In this document: positions 28,007 to 38,708 of the stretch, in pieces
Numbering within the stretch: position 1 is the stretch's first letter
Layout of the letters: each line of letters begins with the position of its first letter
Assembly: GCA_963667035.1 (NCBI GenBank)
Contig: OY762964.1
Location: 1,696,001 to 1,760,000 of the forward strand
DNA from: Candidatus Cloacimonadales bacterium
GTDB taxonomy: Bacteria > Cloacimonadota > Cloacimonadia > Cloacimonadales > JAFGVF01
Reading direction: 5' to 3'
DNA length: 64,000 nucleotides
Made by a program: the position numbers and the translations under genes
Notes under the pieces: generated by a model
What the model saw: only the letters and a program-made list of their open reading frames with translations
Database searches by the model: none
Told to the model about the DNA's origin: nothing

Positions 28007-28999
28007 ATGAAAAGAAAACATAAAGCCATTTCTCTTTTTTCAGGAGGATTGGATAGTGTTCTTGTAGTATTATTTATGCGTAAATTAGGATATGAAGTAA
28101 TCCCTGTATTCTTCGATACTCCATTCTTCTCATTGAGTAAGGCACAAGAATCAGCAGCTCAAGCAGGTATCGAAATTGAGGTGATGGATATTTCAGGTAT
28201 TCATCTGAATATGGTGAAGAATCCCAAATACGGTTATGGTAAAACAATGAATCCATGTATTGATTGCCATGCCCTAATGTTTAAATGTGCAGGAGAAGCA
28301 TTAACTAAATACGACGCTGATTTTGTAATTTCAGGTGAAGTATTAGGTCAGAGACCTATGTCTCAAAACCGCAACTCTTTGAATGCTGTTGCTAAAACAA
28401 GTGGAATAAAAGATTTGATTGTAAGACCTTTATCTCAGAAACTGCTCGATGATACTAAACCAATCCGTGAAGGTTGGGTTATCAAGGAAGAGATGCTAGA
28501 TATTCAAGGACGCACCAGAAAAAGGCAGATGGAGCTTGCAGTTGAATACGGACTGGAAAACTATCAAACTCCTGCCGGTGGATGTTTACTGACTGACGAG
28601 TCTTTCTCTAGATCATTGAAGGATCTTCTTGTGCATAATCAAATGAATGACTATCAAATAAGATTTATTACACTGGGAAGAAACTTCAGGCTGAGTGAAA
28701 AGACAAAGCTGATTATCGGTAGAACGCAAGAGGAGAATGAAAGACTCTCTAAAATAATTAGTAATGAATTGTTACTAAAAGTCGCAGATGTACCGGGTCC
28801 AATAGCAGTCACTATCAGTGATAACATAAATGTGAATCAAGAAGAGGTTGAGACAGCTGCAAGGATACTACTCTTTTATGTGAAAAAAGCAGGAAATAGA
28901 GCTATCATTAATTTTGGCTACGATAACGCTCTTGACAATGAAATCAAAGTTGATGCATTTAGTGAAAATGATATTGATAAATTTAGAATTAAAGGATAG
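28007..28999 (+). CDS. ThiI/MnmA-like PP-loop tRNA thiolation protein
   Basis: SGGLDS, NPCIDC, GEVLGQRPMSQ, PAGGCLLT. Confidence 0.8.
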   Translation: MKRKHKAISLFSGGLDSVLVVLFMRKLGYEVIPVFFDTPFFSLSKAQESAAQAGIEIEVMDISGIHLNMVKNPKYGYGKTMNPCIDCHALMFKCAGEALTKYDADFVISGEVLGQRPMSQNRNSLNAVAKTSGIKDLIVRPLSQKLLDDTKPIREGWVIKEEMLDIQGRTRKRQMELAVEYGLENYQTPAGGCLLTDESFSRSLKDLLVHNQMNDYQIRFITLGRNFRLSEKTKLIIGRTQEENERLSKIISNELLLKVADVPGPIAVTISDNINVNQEEVETAARILLFYVKKAGNRAIINFGYDNALDNEIKVDAFSENDIDKFRIKG

Positions 29000-29001
29000 A
29001 A

Positions 29002-29643
29002 ATGCTTAAATACAGTAGACATATTTTAATAGATTCCTTTGGCACTAATAGTTATCTTGTATGGGATGACGATTCAAAAGAAGCAATGCTTATTGATCCC
29101 GCAGCCCCGAATAGGAATCTCCTAGATTTGATAAAAAAGCAAAAATTAAGACTTAGCTACATTGTACTCACTCATGGTCATGCCGACCACTTGGGTGGTG
29201 TAGGTTACTTCTACGAAGAGTTAAAGCCAAAAGTTCTTATCCATGCTTTAGATGCTGCCATGCTACCAGATCCGGACTTAAATCTCAGTGTAATGATGGG
29301 GCAGTATGTAATTGCTCCGGAAGCGGATGTTAAGCTTAAGGATGGAGATACAATAACTCTCGGTAGTAAAGTTATTGAGGTTTTACACACTCCCGGACAT
29401 ACAAAGGGTGGAATTTGTTTAAAGCATGACAAGTTACTTTTCAGTGGAGATACTCTTTTTCAAATGGGAATAGGAAGAACTGACTTACCTGGAGGTTCTA
29501 TGGAAGCCTTAGGTAAATCTATCAAGAATAAGCTATTCTCCCTTGCAGAGGACACTATTGTATTACCCGGACATGGTGGGAAGACCACTATCGGCGATGA
29601 AGAAGTTGCTAACCCTTACTTAGGATTTGGAAAAAATATATAG
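29002..29643 (+). CDS. MBL-fold metallo-hydrolase (glyoxalase II-like)
   Basis: THGHADH, HTPGHT, GDTLF, PGHG. Confidence 0.9.
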   Translation: MLKYSRHILIDSFGTNSYLVWDDDSKEAMLIDPAAPNRNLLDLIKKQKLRLSYIVLTHGHADHLGGVGYFYEELKPKVLIHALDAAMLPDPDLNLSVMMGQYVIAPEADVKLKDGDTITLGSKVIEVLHTPGHTKGGICLKHDKLLFSGDTLFQMGIGRTDLPGGSMEALGKSIKNKLFSLAEDTIVLPGHGGKTTIGDEEVANPYLGFGKNI

Positions 29644-29655
29644 ATAGAGGCAATA

Positions 29656-31194
29656 ATGACAAAACAGATGGTTCTTATTCTGGATTTTGGTTCTCAATAT
29701 ACTCAGCTTATAGCTAAGTCTATTAGAAAGCTTAGCGTTTATTGTGAGATAGTACCTTTTAATGTAAGCTTTGAAGAAGTTTTAGAGAAGTCCCCCAAAG
29801 CTATAGTTTTATCAGGCTCACCTTTTAGTGTTACTGCTGAAAATGCCCCAATCCCTGATAAAAGAATTCTTCAAATGGAACTTCCCATACTTGGAGTTTG
29901 CTATGGGATGCAGCTTTTGGCACATCTGAATGGAGCAAAAGTTACTAAATCTGAAAAGAAAGAGTATGGCTATGCTAAAATCAAAATCGAAGACCATAAT
30001 TCAATATTTAAAGGGCTCTCAGAAGAAGAAGAGATATGGATGAGTCATGGAGACGCATTAGAGCAATTACCAGAAGGATTCCATCGCATAGCTTACACAG
30101 GAAATTCTCCTTATGCGGCAATCGCTCATGAATCCAAACCTATCTTTGCTTTCCAATTCCATCCTGAAGTCGTTCATTCTGTGAATGGACTTGATATGCT
30201 TAGAAATTTCGTACTTAATATTGCTATGATTACTCCGGATTGGACTCCTGACTCATTTATTGACACTACTATCAAAGAGATAAGAGAGAAAGTTGGCTCT
30301 AACCAAGTAATATTAGGACTTAGCGGAGGAGTTGATTCTTCTGTAGCTGCAGCTCTGTTATATAAAGCCATTGGAGAGCAACTTATCCCTATCTTCGTTG
30401 ATACTGGATTACTTAGAAAGAATGAAGTCGAGGATGTCGAACAGATTTTTAGAGATGGTTTCGGATTAGAGCTTAACACGGTTAGAGCTGGAGATATTTT
30501 TCTTGGTAAGTTAAAAGGTGTCACAGATCCTGAACAAAAAAGAAAGATTATTGGCAATACCTTTATAGATATTTTTGATGCTGAAGCCAAAAAACACCCT
30601 AATGCAAAATTTCTGGCTCAGGGAACACTCTATCCTGACATCATAGAAAGTGTTTCTTTTAAAGGACCTTCTGCAACTATTAAATCGCATCATAATGTTG
30701 GTGGTCTACCTGAAAAGATGAATCTCCAACTAGTTGAACCTTTAAGAGAACTTTTTAAAGATGAAGTGAGAGCTGTTGGTAGAACAATAGGGCTGCCGGA
30801 GCATCTTGTAGCTCGCCATCCCTTCCCGGGCCCAGGCTTAGCAGTTAGGATCATTAGTGATATTACACCTGAGAAAGTACAACTTCTTCAGAATATTGAT
30901 CATATCTTCATCTCAGAGCTCTATTCAAACAATTTGTATAATGAAACTTGGCAGGCATTTGCAGTTCTTTTGCCTATTCAATCGGTTGGTGTAATGGGTG
31001 ATGAAAGAACCTATGAAAATGTATGTGCTTTACGTGCTGTAAACAGTTCAGACGGAATGACAGCAGATTGGACTGAGTTACCTTATGAATTCTTAAAAAG
31101 AGTATCAAACAGAATTATTAACGAAGTCGAAGGAGTAAATAGGGTTGTTTATGATATCAGCTCAAAACCGCCTGCAACAATTGAGTGGGAATAG
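29656..31194 (+). CDS. guaA: GMP synthase (glutamine-hydrolysing)
   Basis: LDFGSQY, GVCYGMQ, QFHPEV, SGGVDSS, KPPATIEWE. Confidence 0.97.
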   Translation: MTKQMVLILDFGSQYTQLIAKSIRKLSVYCEIVPFNVSFEEVLEKSPKAIVLSGSPFSVTAENAPIPDKRILQMELPILGVCYGMQLLAHLNGAKVTKSEKKEYGYAKIKIEDHNSIFKGLSEEEEIWMSHGDALEQLPEGFHRIAYTGNSPYAAIAHESKPIFAFQFHPEVVHSVNGLDMLRNFVLNIAMITPDWTPDSFIDTTIKEIREKVGSNQVILGLSGGVDSSVAAALLYKAIGEQLIPIFVDTGLLRKNEVEDVEQIFRDGFGLELNTVRAGDIFLGKLKGVTDPEQKRKIIGNTFIDIFDAEAKKHPNAKFLAQGTLYPDIIESVSFKGPSATIKSHHNVGGLPEKMNLQLVEPLRELFKDEVRAVGRTIGLPEHLVARHPFPGPGLAVRIISDITPEKVQLLQNIDHIFISELYSNNLYNETWQAFAVLLPIQSVGVMGDERTYENVCALRAVNSSDGMTADWTELPYEFLKRVSNRIINEVEGVNRVVYDISSKPPATIEWE

Positions 31195-31209
31195 TTAATC
31201 ATTAAATAG

Positions 31210-31240
31210 AAAAAGCCCGACAATCTGTCGGGCTTCTTTT
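31210..31240. terminator. bidirectional terminator
   Basis: AAAAAGCCCGACA-ATC-TGTCGGGCTTCTTTT. Confidence 0.85.
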
Positions 31241-31255
31241 ATTATTAACTAAACT

Positions 31256-32872
31256 TTAGTTTTTACTTGTTGAAGTAATATAGTTATCTACTTCTTTGAT
31301 ACTCTTCTTAATGCTTTCTTCACGCATAGGATCAGCATTCTTTAAAGCATCCTGATAATAAGATTTTGCTCTGTTAAACAAACCGATGGTTTTTTGTTGA
31401 GCATTATCTTTCTGAGTCTTTAGTTCATCAGCTTTTTTACCAACAGCATCAGCAAATGCTACTTCAATGTCTGTGAATCTATTATACTCATTTGTACCCT
31501 TCTGGAAATATATTTGAGCAAGAATCATGTAAGGAGCTACATTGTCAGGATTCATTTCTATAGCTTTGTTTGCTGCTTCTTCAGCTTTATTCAACTCATT
31601 CATACTGTTATATGTGTGGGCCATAGTAATATAAAGAATATCATTAGATGAATCAAGCTGTTCAAGGCTTTTTAAAATATCAATAGCCTTAGTGTAAAGC
31701 TCTTGAGTTAGCTCTTTGTCTCCATTGTCATCAGCTTCTCTTGCAGCAGAAAGATAAGCAGTATTAAGCTTGTAATAGAGATTGTAGTTATTAGGTTCAT
31801 TCTTCAAAATCTCTTCTTGGTGTTCAATTGATTTTAAAAGATTGCCTGTTTCTTTATATGCTCTGGCAAGATTCTTTCCTAACAGTTCGTTCTCAGGATA
31901 TGCTGATGCTGCAACTTCAAGAAAAGGTAAAGCACTTTCATAGTCGTCTTGGCTAACATAAAGCAGTCCTAATAGGAAGTTTGATTGACTATGATTCTGA
32001 TCAATCTTTATAGCTTCATTTAAAGCTTCAATTGCTGATTCAGCATTATTGGCAGTTTTATACATGTTACCAATATAATACCATAAATCAGGATTGCTAT
32101 TCTTAGTAGCAATAGGAGAAAGAACGGCAGCGGCATCGTCATATCTTCCTAACTGCTGTAATGAGCTACCAAGAAGTTTTGCAACACTTTCGTTCTCAGG
32201 TTGAAGTTCTAAACCTTTTCTTGCCCATTCTTCACATTTAGCATAATCTTTTTGTTCGAAAGAGATCTGACTAAGATAAAAAATAGCGTCAAAGTTGCTA
32301 GAAGATTTTTTGTTTATATCTTCAAAATTCTGTTTTGCTAAATCTAACTTACCATTTTCATAGTTTTGCTTAGCAATATCAAAAGCTTTTACGCTTTCAC
32401 TTTCAAAAAACTGCTTAATAGCAGGAAGAAGATCTGAGTTAATAAGCTCTCTTCTATCTTTACTTACCTTTGTCACTTTAAGGTTGATTGGCTTAATGCT
32501 CTGGGAAACAACATTATAAACTTTACTGTTTAAAGCAAATTCATTCCCAAGAGTAGTAATTGTACCGGTCAAAACTATATCTGCACCTAGTTTGCTACCA
32601 ACACCCAAAATCACTGGAGTATCAACTTCATAAGATTTCTTACCATTCAATGATTCTTTAGCTACTTTTGCTACTTCTTTTTGATCAATAACATTAAAAC
32701 TTGAATCTTCTCCAAATGTCTTCTTGATATCAATCTTTTCAAATTGTGTTTTCAATGTTTTACATTTACTGTCCATTGCTTCATATGGCATGATTGCAAT
32801 GTTAATCTGAGCGAAAAGTGTTGCTGAAACAACAACAAGACTTATAATTAGAAGTATAATTCTCTTTTCCAT
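31256..32872 (-). CDS. exported TPR-repeat protein with TolB-N/CsgG-like N-terminal domain
   Basis: signal peptide from ATG 32872 after GGAGG; multiple TPR-like helices. Confidence 0.75.
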   Translation of the reverse strand: MEKRIILLIISLVVVSATLFAQINIAIMPYEAMDSKCKTLKTQFEKIDIKKTFGEDSSFNVIDQKEVAKVAKESLNGKKSYEVDTPVILGVGSKLGADIVLTGTITTLGNEFALNSKVYNVVSQSIKPINLKVTKVSKDRRELINSDLLPAIKQFFESESVKAFDIAKQNYENGKLDLAKQNFEDINKKSSSNFDAIFYLSQISFEQKDYAKCEEWARKGLELQPENESVAKLLGSSLQQLGRYDDAAAVLSPIATKNSNPDLWYYIGNMYKTANNAESAIEALNEAIKIDQNHSQSNFLLGLLYVSQDDYESALPFLEVAASAYPENELLGKNLARAYKETGNLLKSIEHQEEILKNEPNNYNLYYKLNTAYLSAAREADDNGDKELTQELYTKAIDILKSLEQLDSSNDILYITMAHTYNSMNELNKAEEAANKAIEMNPDNVAPYMILAQIYFQKGTNEYNRFTDIEVAFADAVGKKADELKTQKDNAQQKTIGLFNRAKSYYQDALKNADPMREESIKKSIKEVDNYITSTSKN

Positions 32873-32934
32873 TATTCCTCCATATATTCTCTTTAAGACC
32901 TTTATTCTCAAGGATGTTTTATTATGCAAGTTTT

Positions 32935-33885
32935 TTATCTTAACTTTGGGATTCTTAATCTTCCTAACTTATATTCTATTCTAAAGAAACAATTTAACTC
33001 AGCACCCATTGCGGCTTTGAATCTTGCTATGCTTGTATGATTACCCCCACAGAGATCATACTCTTTGTATGAATTTCTATATTTGATTACCGTATCATAA
33101 TGCAACAACAGTGATACCCCACTGTTAAGATAATCCTTGTGTGTGCCATTTTCCCAAGCATAAAGTACTTGTCTCTTTCTGTCATCTAGTATCAACAAAG
33201 AAGATACTATCTCATTATTGATTACAGCATTTCTCTGTAAAAGAAGTCCTTTCATCTGCAACTCCATTAGTAAGTTTAAGTGTTTCGAATCTTCTACAGA
33301 GAATTCTCTTTCTTGTCTTTCATTAGTCTGTTTCAGCAACTCCAGAAATCTCTCAGGATTGAACTCTTCATTTATAACAAAACCTTGTTGACTAGCTTTT
33401 CTCAATGAGGTACCCTCTTTAGGAAACAGATTAGGTTCGAAATCAGGTTTCAAATCAAAACTGAAAGTATAAAGGGGTTTAGCAGTAAAACCACTCTTCA
33501 GGAAACCTCTCATATCTATCAAATCAGGAGATAAATTCATAGATACGGAATCCAAGCTACTTTTAAGATGCTTAGCAATTAATCCTGTAATCTCAAGCTT
33601 ATACAACAAGTTCCTATTCTCTCTTTTCTGTTTAGGAAGATGCCAGACTATAGGATTGTAATATGATAATACGGGAGTTACTGCCTTCTTGAATCCTATC
33701 TTACTCTTTATAAATACCGGCATAACAGCCCATATCTCATCAGCGTTATAGGCTGTAAAATAATGAAAATCGAGGTTATGTAACTCACAGATAGCTTGTA
33801 CAAAGTCCTGATTAGCAAAAAGAGGTAACTTAATTGCATCAAGTGAAGAGTCATCTCTACTCAACAATTTGTAAGTAATTGCCAT
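32935..33885 (-). CDS. GNAT/FemAB-like acyltransferase
   Basis: LRKASQQG, YDLCGGN..SIARFK..MGA. Confidence 0.7.
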   Translation of the reverse strand: MAITYKLLSRDDSSLDAIKLPLFANQDFVQAICELHNLDFHYFTAYNADEIWAVMPVFIKSKIGFKKAVTPVLSYYNPIVWHLPKQKRENRNLLYKLEITGLIAKHLKSSLDSVSMNLSPDLIDMRGFLKSGFTAKPLYTFSFDLKPDFEPNLFPKEGTSLRKASQQGFVINEEFNPERFLELLKQTNERQEREFSVEDSKHLNLLMELQMKGLLLQRNAVINNEIVSSLLILDDRKRQVLYAWENGTHKDYLNSGVSLLLHYDTVIKYRNSYKEYDLCGGNHTSIARFKAAMGAELNCFFRIEYKLGRLRIPKLR

Positions 33886-33886
33886 G

Positions 33887-34255
33887 CTATACCAAACTTT
33901 TAATCAAAGTTGCTATTTCATTAAATCTAAATGGCTTTATAATATATTCAACAACATCATCAAACAGAGCTGCATAAGCCGAGTCTGCCGATGGGTAACC
34001 TGTCATAATGATTATCTTTTGCTCAGGATGTTCTTGCTTTATTGTTTGCATAAGTTCAATCCCATCCATACTAGGCATTACTCTGTCAACAATAAGTAGT
34101 TTGTATTTATCCGGAGAGAATACTTTTAAAGCTTCTTCAGCATCTTGTGCCTGATCACATTCATATCCTATACCTTCAAGAAACTCTTGCAAAACGTCTC
34201 TTAGCATCTGGTCATCATCAACTATTAAAATTTTACTCGTCATAACATCCTCCAC
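33887..34255 (-). CDS. single-domain response regulator (receiver)
   Basis: ILIVDDD, D..MP.MDG, IIMTG, YIIKPF. Confidence 0.9.
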   Translation of the reverse strand: MEDVMTSKILIVDDDQMLRDVLQEFLEGIGYECDQAQDAEEALKVFSPDKYKLLIVDRVMPSMDGIELMQTIKQEHPEQKIIIMTGYPSADSAYAALFDDVVEYIIKPFRFNEIATLIKSLV

Positions 34256-35053
34256 CTAGATTAAGGATTCAATTGTTAAAACAACATATAGTATCGATAT
34301 TGATATCAAGAAACTATCAAATCTATCCAAGACACCACCGTGTCCAGGAATCAAGTTTGAACTGTCTTTTATATGCATATCACGTTTTATCAGGGATTCC
34401 ATCAAATCACCTGCTTGTCCGGCAATACCCGTAGTGACACCTGCCGAGATAAGCTGAGTTGTAGTAAACATGTGAGGAAAGATTAAACGTGTGACTATTG
34501 AAGCAATAACAGCAAAAAACAATCCGGCTATAAATCCCTCAATAGACTTCTTAGGACTAACCGGGAAAATTCCTCTATGCTTCCCTAAAGTCATTCCTAT
34601 AAAATAAGCAAATGAGTCTGTTATCCAAGTCAGTATAATTATTAGAATCAATAGATAATTACCATTCTCAAATTTACTTAAAGTAATTATACTTGAAGGC
34701 AGTATACCAGCATATAAAACTATCAGAAAAGATATGGCTATACTTGTGATGCTTCCATCAATATCATTCCTAACTAATCTGTTCAAGAATAGTATGCACA
34801 GAAATGGAAACAATGATAAGGGAGCAAAACTCCAACCGAATAGTGCAATAATAAGAAATGTTATAACTGAGAAAGGTATTGTTAAGACATTAGGATTCAG
34901 TTTGTTCTTTTTAAACATTGTGAACATTTCCCAACCAAGCAGTCCCGATAACAAACTACCGAAGGCAAGAAGCGGGATTCCATTAATATAGAATATTAAC
35001 AACAGTATAGGAATTCCAATTAAAGCGACGCTAACTCTTTTAATGAGATTCAT
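34256..35053 (-). CDS. cdsA: phosphatidate cytidylyltransferase
   Basis: DSFAYF.G, SPKKS.EG, GDL.ES..KR...KDS...PGHGGVLDRFDS. Confidence 0.95.
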   Translation of the reverse strand: MNLIKRVSVALIGIPILLLIFYINGIPLLAFGSLLSGLLGWEMFTMFKKNKLNPNVLTIPFSVITFLIIALFGWSFAPLSLFPFLCILFLNRLVRNDIDGSITSIAISFLIVLYAGILPSSIITLSKFENGNYLLILIIILTWITDSFAYFIGMTLGKHRGIFPVSPKKSIEGFIAGLFFAVIASIVTRLIFPHMFTTTQLISAGVTTGIAGQAGDLMESLIKRDMHIKDSSNLIPGHGGVLDRFDSFLISISILYVVLTIESLI

Positions 35054-35787
35054 TAAAGTGCTCCAAAGCGTCTGTTTCGATTCTGGTAATCAACAATAGC
35101 CTCAACCATGTCAGTACGGTTGAACTCCGGCCATAGCTTATCAGTAAACCAAAACTCCGTATATGCGGATTGCCATATTAAGAAGTTAGATAATCTTAGC
35201 TCACCGCTTGTTCTTATCAAAAGATCCGGGTCAGGCATCTCACTAGTATATAAATGATTGTTTATTGTTTCCAAGTTTATAGACTCAATATCAATTTTAC
35301 CTTCTAAGGTTTCTGACGCTATCTTTTTAACCGCTTGTAGAATATCTTGTCTTCCCCCGTAATTGAAAGCAATTCTAAACTGTAATCCATCATTATTCCA
35401 GGTTGTTGATAAGGTCTTATTTATATTGTTTAAATATTCAGGATCTAATCCCTCTTCCCCACCTATTAGCTTTACACAGACATTATTTTCATTTATTTCA
35501 TCTATTTCTTTATTCATAAACTCCACAAGCAGATTAAGGAGACCTTTAATCTCTGCTTCGGGACGATTCCAGTTTTCAGAAGAGAAAGCATAAACCGTTA
35601 GATATTTTAGTCCAATCTCAACACCACATTCAATAACTTCTCTTACCGCTTTTGCTCCGGCTCTGTGACCAAACAATCTATTCTTCAGCTTTTTCTTAGC
35701 CCAGCGTCCATTCCCATCCATAATGATAGCAACATGCTCAGGGAGATTATTCCTATCCAGTTTTGATAATAATTCTTTATATCTCAT
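35053..35787 (-). CDS. uppS: undecaprenyl diphosphate synthase
   Basis: IIMDGNGRWA, FSSENWNRP, RTSGE.RLSNF. Confidence 0.95.
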   Translation of the reverse strand: MRYKELLSKLDRNNLPEHVAIIMDGNGRWAKKKLKNRLFGHRAGAKAVREVIECGVEIGLKYLTVYAFSSENWNRPEAEIKGLLNLLVEFMNKEIDEINENNVCVKLIGGEEGLDPEYLNNINKTLSTTWNNDGLQFRIAFNYGGRQDILQAVKKIASETLEGKIDIESINLETINNHLYTSEMPDPDLLIRTSGELRLSNFLIWQSAYTEFWFTDKLWPEFNRTDMVEAIVDYQNRNRRFGAL

Positions 35788-35795
35788 TTTAGACC

Positions 35796-36900
35796 TTATT
35801 GTTTAGCATTTGCTTTCAAATATGCAACTATAAATTGATTCAAGTCTCCATCCATTACTTTATCAGTTGAACCTGTTTCACAGTTTGTTCTATGATCTTT
35901 AACCATTTGATAAGGTTGGAAAACATAAGAGCGAATCTGATTTCCCCACCCAATCTCTGTCTTGGTACTTTCCAAAGCGTCTCTTTCTTTCTGACGTTCC
36001 TCTTCATAGTGTTGATACAGTCTGGATTTTAGTATTTGCATAGCTTTTTCTTTATTCTTTAACTGAGACCTTTCATTTTGACAACTAACCACAATATTAG
36101 TAGGCAAATGGGTAATTCTCACAGCGGAATCAGTAGTATTCACACTTTGTCCTCCTGCTCCGCTAGATCTGTATGTATCAATCTTTATGTCTTTAGCCTC
36201 TATCTCAATTTCAATATCATCATCAATCTCAGGATAAACATACACGGAGGAAAAAGATGTTTGCCTTTTACCTTGTGCATTGAAAGGCGAAATACGGACT
36301 AATCTATGAATCCCAATCTCCGCTTTAAGATATCCATAAGCGTGTTCACCATTGACCTCTATAGTCACATTCTTAATTCCCGCTTCATCTCCGGCAAGAT
36401 AGTCAATAACCGTAAATGAAAATCCATTTTGTTCTGCCCATCTAGTATACATACGATACAGCATATCAGCCCAGTCTTGAGATTCAGTTCCTCCGGCACC
36501 GGGGTGTATGTTCAGAATCGCATTACAATGGTCAAATCTGCCATTTAACAAGAATTCTGTTTCTGCTTTATCAATAACAATAAGGTATTCATTTAGTGAT
36601 GAGGCGGCGTCAGCCAGTAGTTCCTCGCTGAATTCATCTTCAAGCATTATTAAGTAAGTATGCAGGTCATCAACAATTGAAGTAAGATTTTTCTCTTTAT
36701 CAAGTTTACTTCTAAGTAGGCTTATCTCTTTGGTTATCTTCTGAGCACGTTTGTTGTTATTCCAGAACTCGGGACCAGTCATCTCTTTTTCAAGAATTAG
36801 AAGTTCCTTTGTTAGGACTTCAGTGTCAAAGTAACCTCCTGATGTCATTTATTCTATCAATTGTATTTTCAGCTTCTTTTTTAAATTCAAACAGTTCCAT
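35796..36900 (-). CDS. prfB: peptide chain release factor 2, with programmed +1 frameshift after codon 24
   Basis: ATG at 36900 after AGGAG; AGGAGG-TTA-CTT-TGA-C site (36840-36825); SPF and GGQ motifs. Confidence 0.95.
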
Positions 36901-36909
36901 AAATACTCC

Positions 36910-38070
36910 TTAATACTTCCATGGTACAAGATAATCTTTGATTTCTTCATTGAAATATCTATCAGTCATAGTTGCAATGAAGTCTCGAACTTTCTCCGCA
37001 TCATTAAATCTGTCAAGATACTGCTTATCCTTGTGGAAGAGAAAATGTTGATAAATCTTAGATTCCTCATGCTCATTACTAATATCCTCCAGATATTTGT
37101 CAAAGAGAATATTCATAGTGCGAGAGATCATAGTATTAGCTTTTTTAACCTGAGGGTCAGTATATATGTGCTCATAGTTAAAGTGCTTTAATTTAAGCAG
37201 ATAGTCGGATGTTTCATCATCAAAAGCTATGTAGTCTTTTCCGAAACTATTCAGAATAACACTTTCGACAAGTGTATTGATTATTCTACTGTTTGTATTA
37301 CCTAGATAATCCGTAATCTCTTTGGGTAATTCATCTCGTGATAGTAGGTTGCATCGGATTGCATCTTCAATGTCCTGCCCTATATATGCAATAGTATCGG
37401 CAATTCGTACAGTGCAGCCCTCCATAGTTGCCGGCATCCATCTGGCATTTTTGTTTTCCTTCTTAAGCAAGATGTAATGCTCAATATCCGCTTCCGTTTT
37501 GTTAAACTCAGGTTTAAGTTGAGTGTTATGAACTTCTCCGTCATGCGATATGATACCGTCTCTTACCTGGAAGGTTAGATTCAATCCTTTCCCTTTTCTT
37601 GAAATATTATCTACAATATGCAGACTCTCAACATTATGGTGAAAAGCTCCAATACCTTTATCACGGCAAATCTTACTTAAAGCTCTCTCTCCGTCATGTC
37701 CGAAAGGACAATGACCAAGGTCGTGCCCCAGAGCAATTGCTTCTATCAAATCCAGATTAAGACCAAGTACTCTTCCTATAGTTCTTGAGATTTGAGAAAC
37801 ATAAGTAGTGTGCAGATTTCTATTAGTCATTTCTTCATCAATCATATTAGTAAAAGAAAAGACCTGAGTTTTACCATGGTATCTTCTATAAGCCCCGCTG
37901 TAGAGTATTCTATCTCTATCAACAGCAAAAGGAGTTCTGAATTCATCTCTCCTAAGCTCTTCTTTCCTATGAGCTTGAGAGCTTCTGCATGCAAATGGAG
38001 ATAATGTATTATTATTTCTCTCAGCTATGGTTTTCTTTATTTCATCAAGTTTCTCATTATACATATTCAC
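36910..38070 (-). CDS. HD-domain dNTP triphosphohydrolase (dGTPase-like)
   Basis: DRDRIL, KTQVF, GHDLGH.PFGH.GE, ADTIAY...DIEDA, MTDRY. Confidence 0.88.
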   Translation of the reverse strand: MNMYNEKLDEIKKTIAERNNNTLSPFACRSSQAHRKEELRRDEFRTPFAVDRDRILYSGAYRRYHGKTQVFSFTNMIDEEMTNRNLHTTYVSQISRTIGRVLGLNLDLIEAIALGHDLGHCPFGHDGERALSKICRDKGIGAFHHNVESLHIVDNISRKGKGLNLTFQVRDGIISHDGEVHNTQLKPEFNKTEADIEHYILLKKENKNARWMPATMEGCTVRIADTIAYIGQDIEDAIRCNLLSRDELPKEITDYLGNTNSRIINTLVESVILNSFGKDYIAFDDETSDYLLKLKHFNYEHIYTDPQVKKANTMISRTMNILFDKYLEDISNEHEESKIYQHFLFHKDKQYLDRFNDAEKVRDFIATMTDRYFNEEIKDYLVPWKY

Positions 38071-38072
38071 CT

Positions 38073-38708
38073 CTAAATTTTCCTGTAATGCATGAAGTAA
38101 GGTTTAAAGCCAATATCAGCATTGACTTTCTCAAAATATGTTTCGATGTGTTCTTCTTCATAAGGAGATTCTCTTGTGAAACCATTGTCATAAAGAGATT
38201 CAAAATCCTTCCTTTGAGCAAATTCGTTAACAATCCATTCAGCATATTCCGTATGGTCGGTTGAGAGTTCTACAGTTCCACCTGGTTTAAGTATTTTATA
38301 CAATGAATCTATGAAATCCTGTTGTATCAATCTATGTTTATGATGACGTCGTTTGGGCCAAGGGTCCGGATGCTGAATATAGATAACATCTAACGATTCT
38401 TTTGGAATAATCTCCGTTACATTCGCATCTACGAATAACTTAATCAATCGAACATTTTTGTGTCTTACTTCATCTAATTTCTTTAGTATCATAAGAATCC
38501 GCTTCATCTTTAACTCTATACCAAGGAAATTTACATCCGTTTTTCGAGTTGGGAGCAAAGAGATAAACTCTCCTTTTCCACAACCGATTTCCAAATGAAC
38601 CGGATTACTGTTACCAAATACTTCTTTATAGTCTAATAAGTTTTCTGCATTTAGCAGAAAGAATTCTTTCTTGGGTGTTATATCTACGGGTAAGTTTACT
38701 TTTCTCAT
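38073..38708 (-). CDS. trmB: tRNA (guanine-N7)-methyltransferase
   Basis: LEIGCGKG, PDPWPKRRHHKHRL, TD...Y. Confidence 0.93.
   Translation of the reverse strand: MRKVNLPVDITPKKEFFLLNAENLLDYKEVFGNSNPVHLEIGCGKGEFISLLPTRKTDVNFLGIELKMKRILMILKKLDEVRHKNVRLIKLFVDANVTEIIPKESLDVIYIQHPDPWPKRRHHKHRLIQQDFIDSLYKILKPGGTVELSTDHTEYAEWIVNEFAQRKDFESLYDNGFTRESPYEEEHIETYFEKVNADIGFKPYFMHYRKI

Noticed and set aside
35796..36848. prfB start at 36848, or prfB as a pseudogene
   Set aside because: The canonical programmed frameshift gives the true start at 36900.
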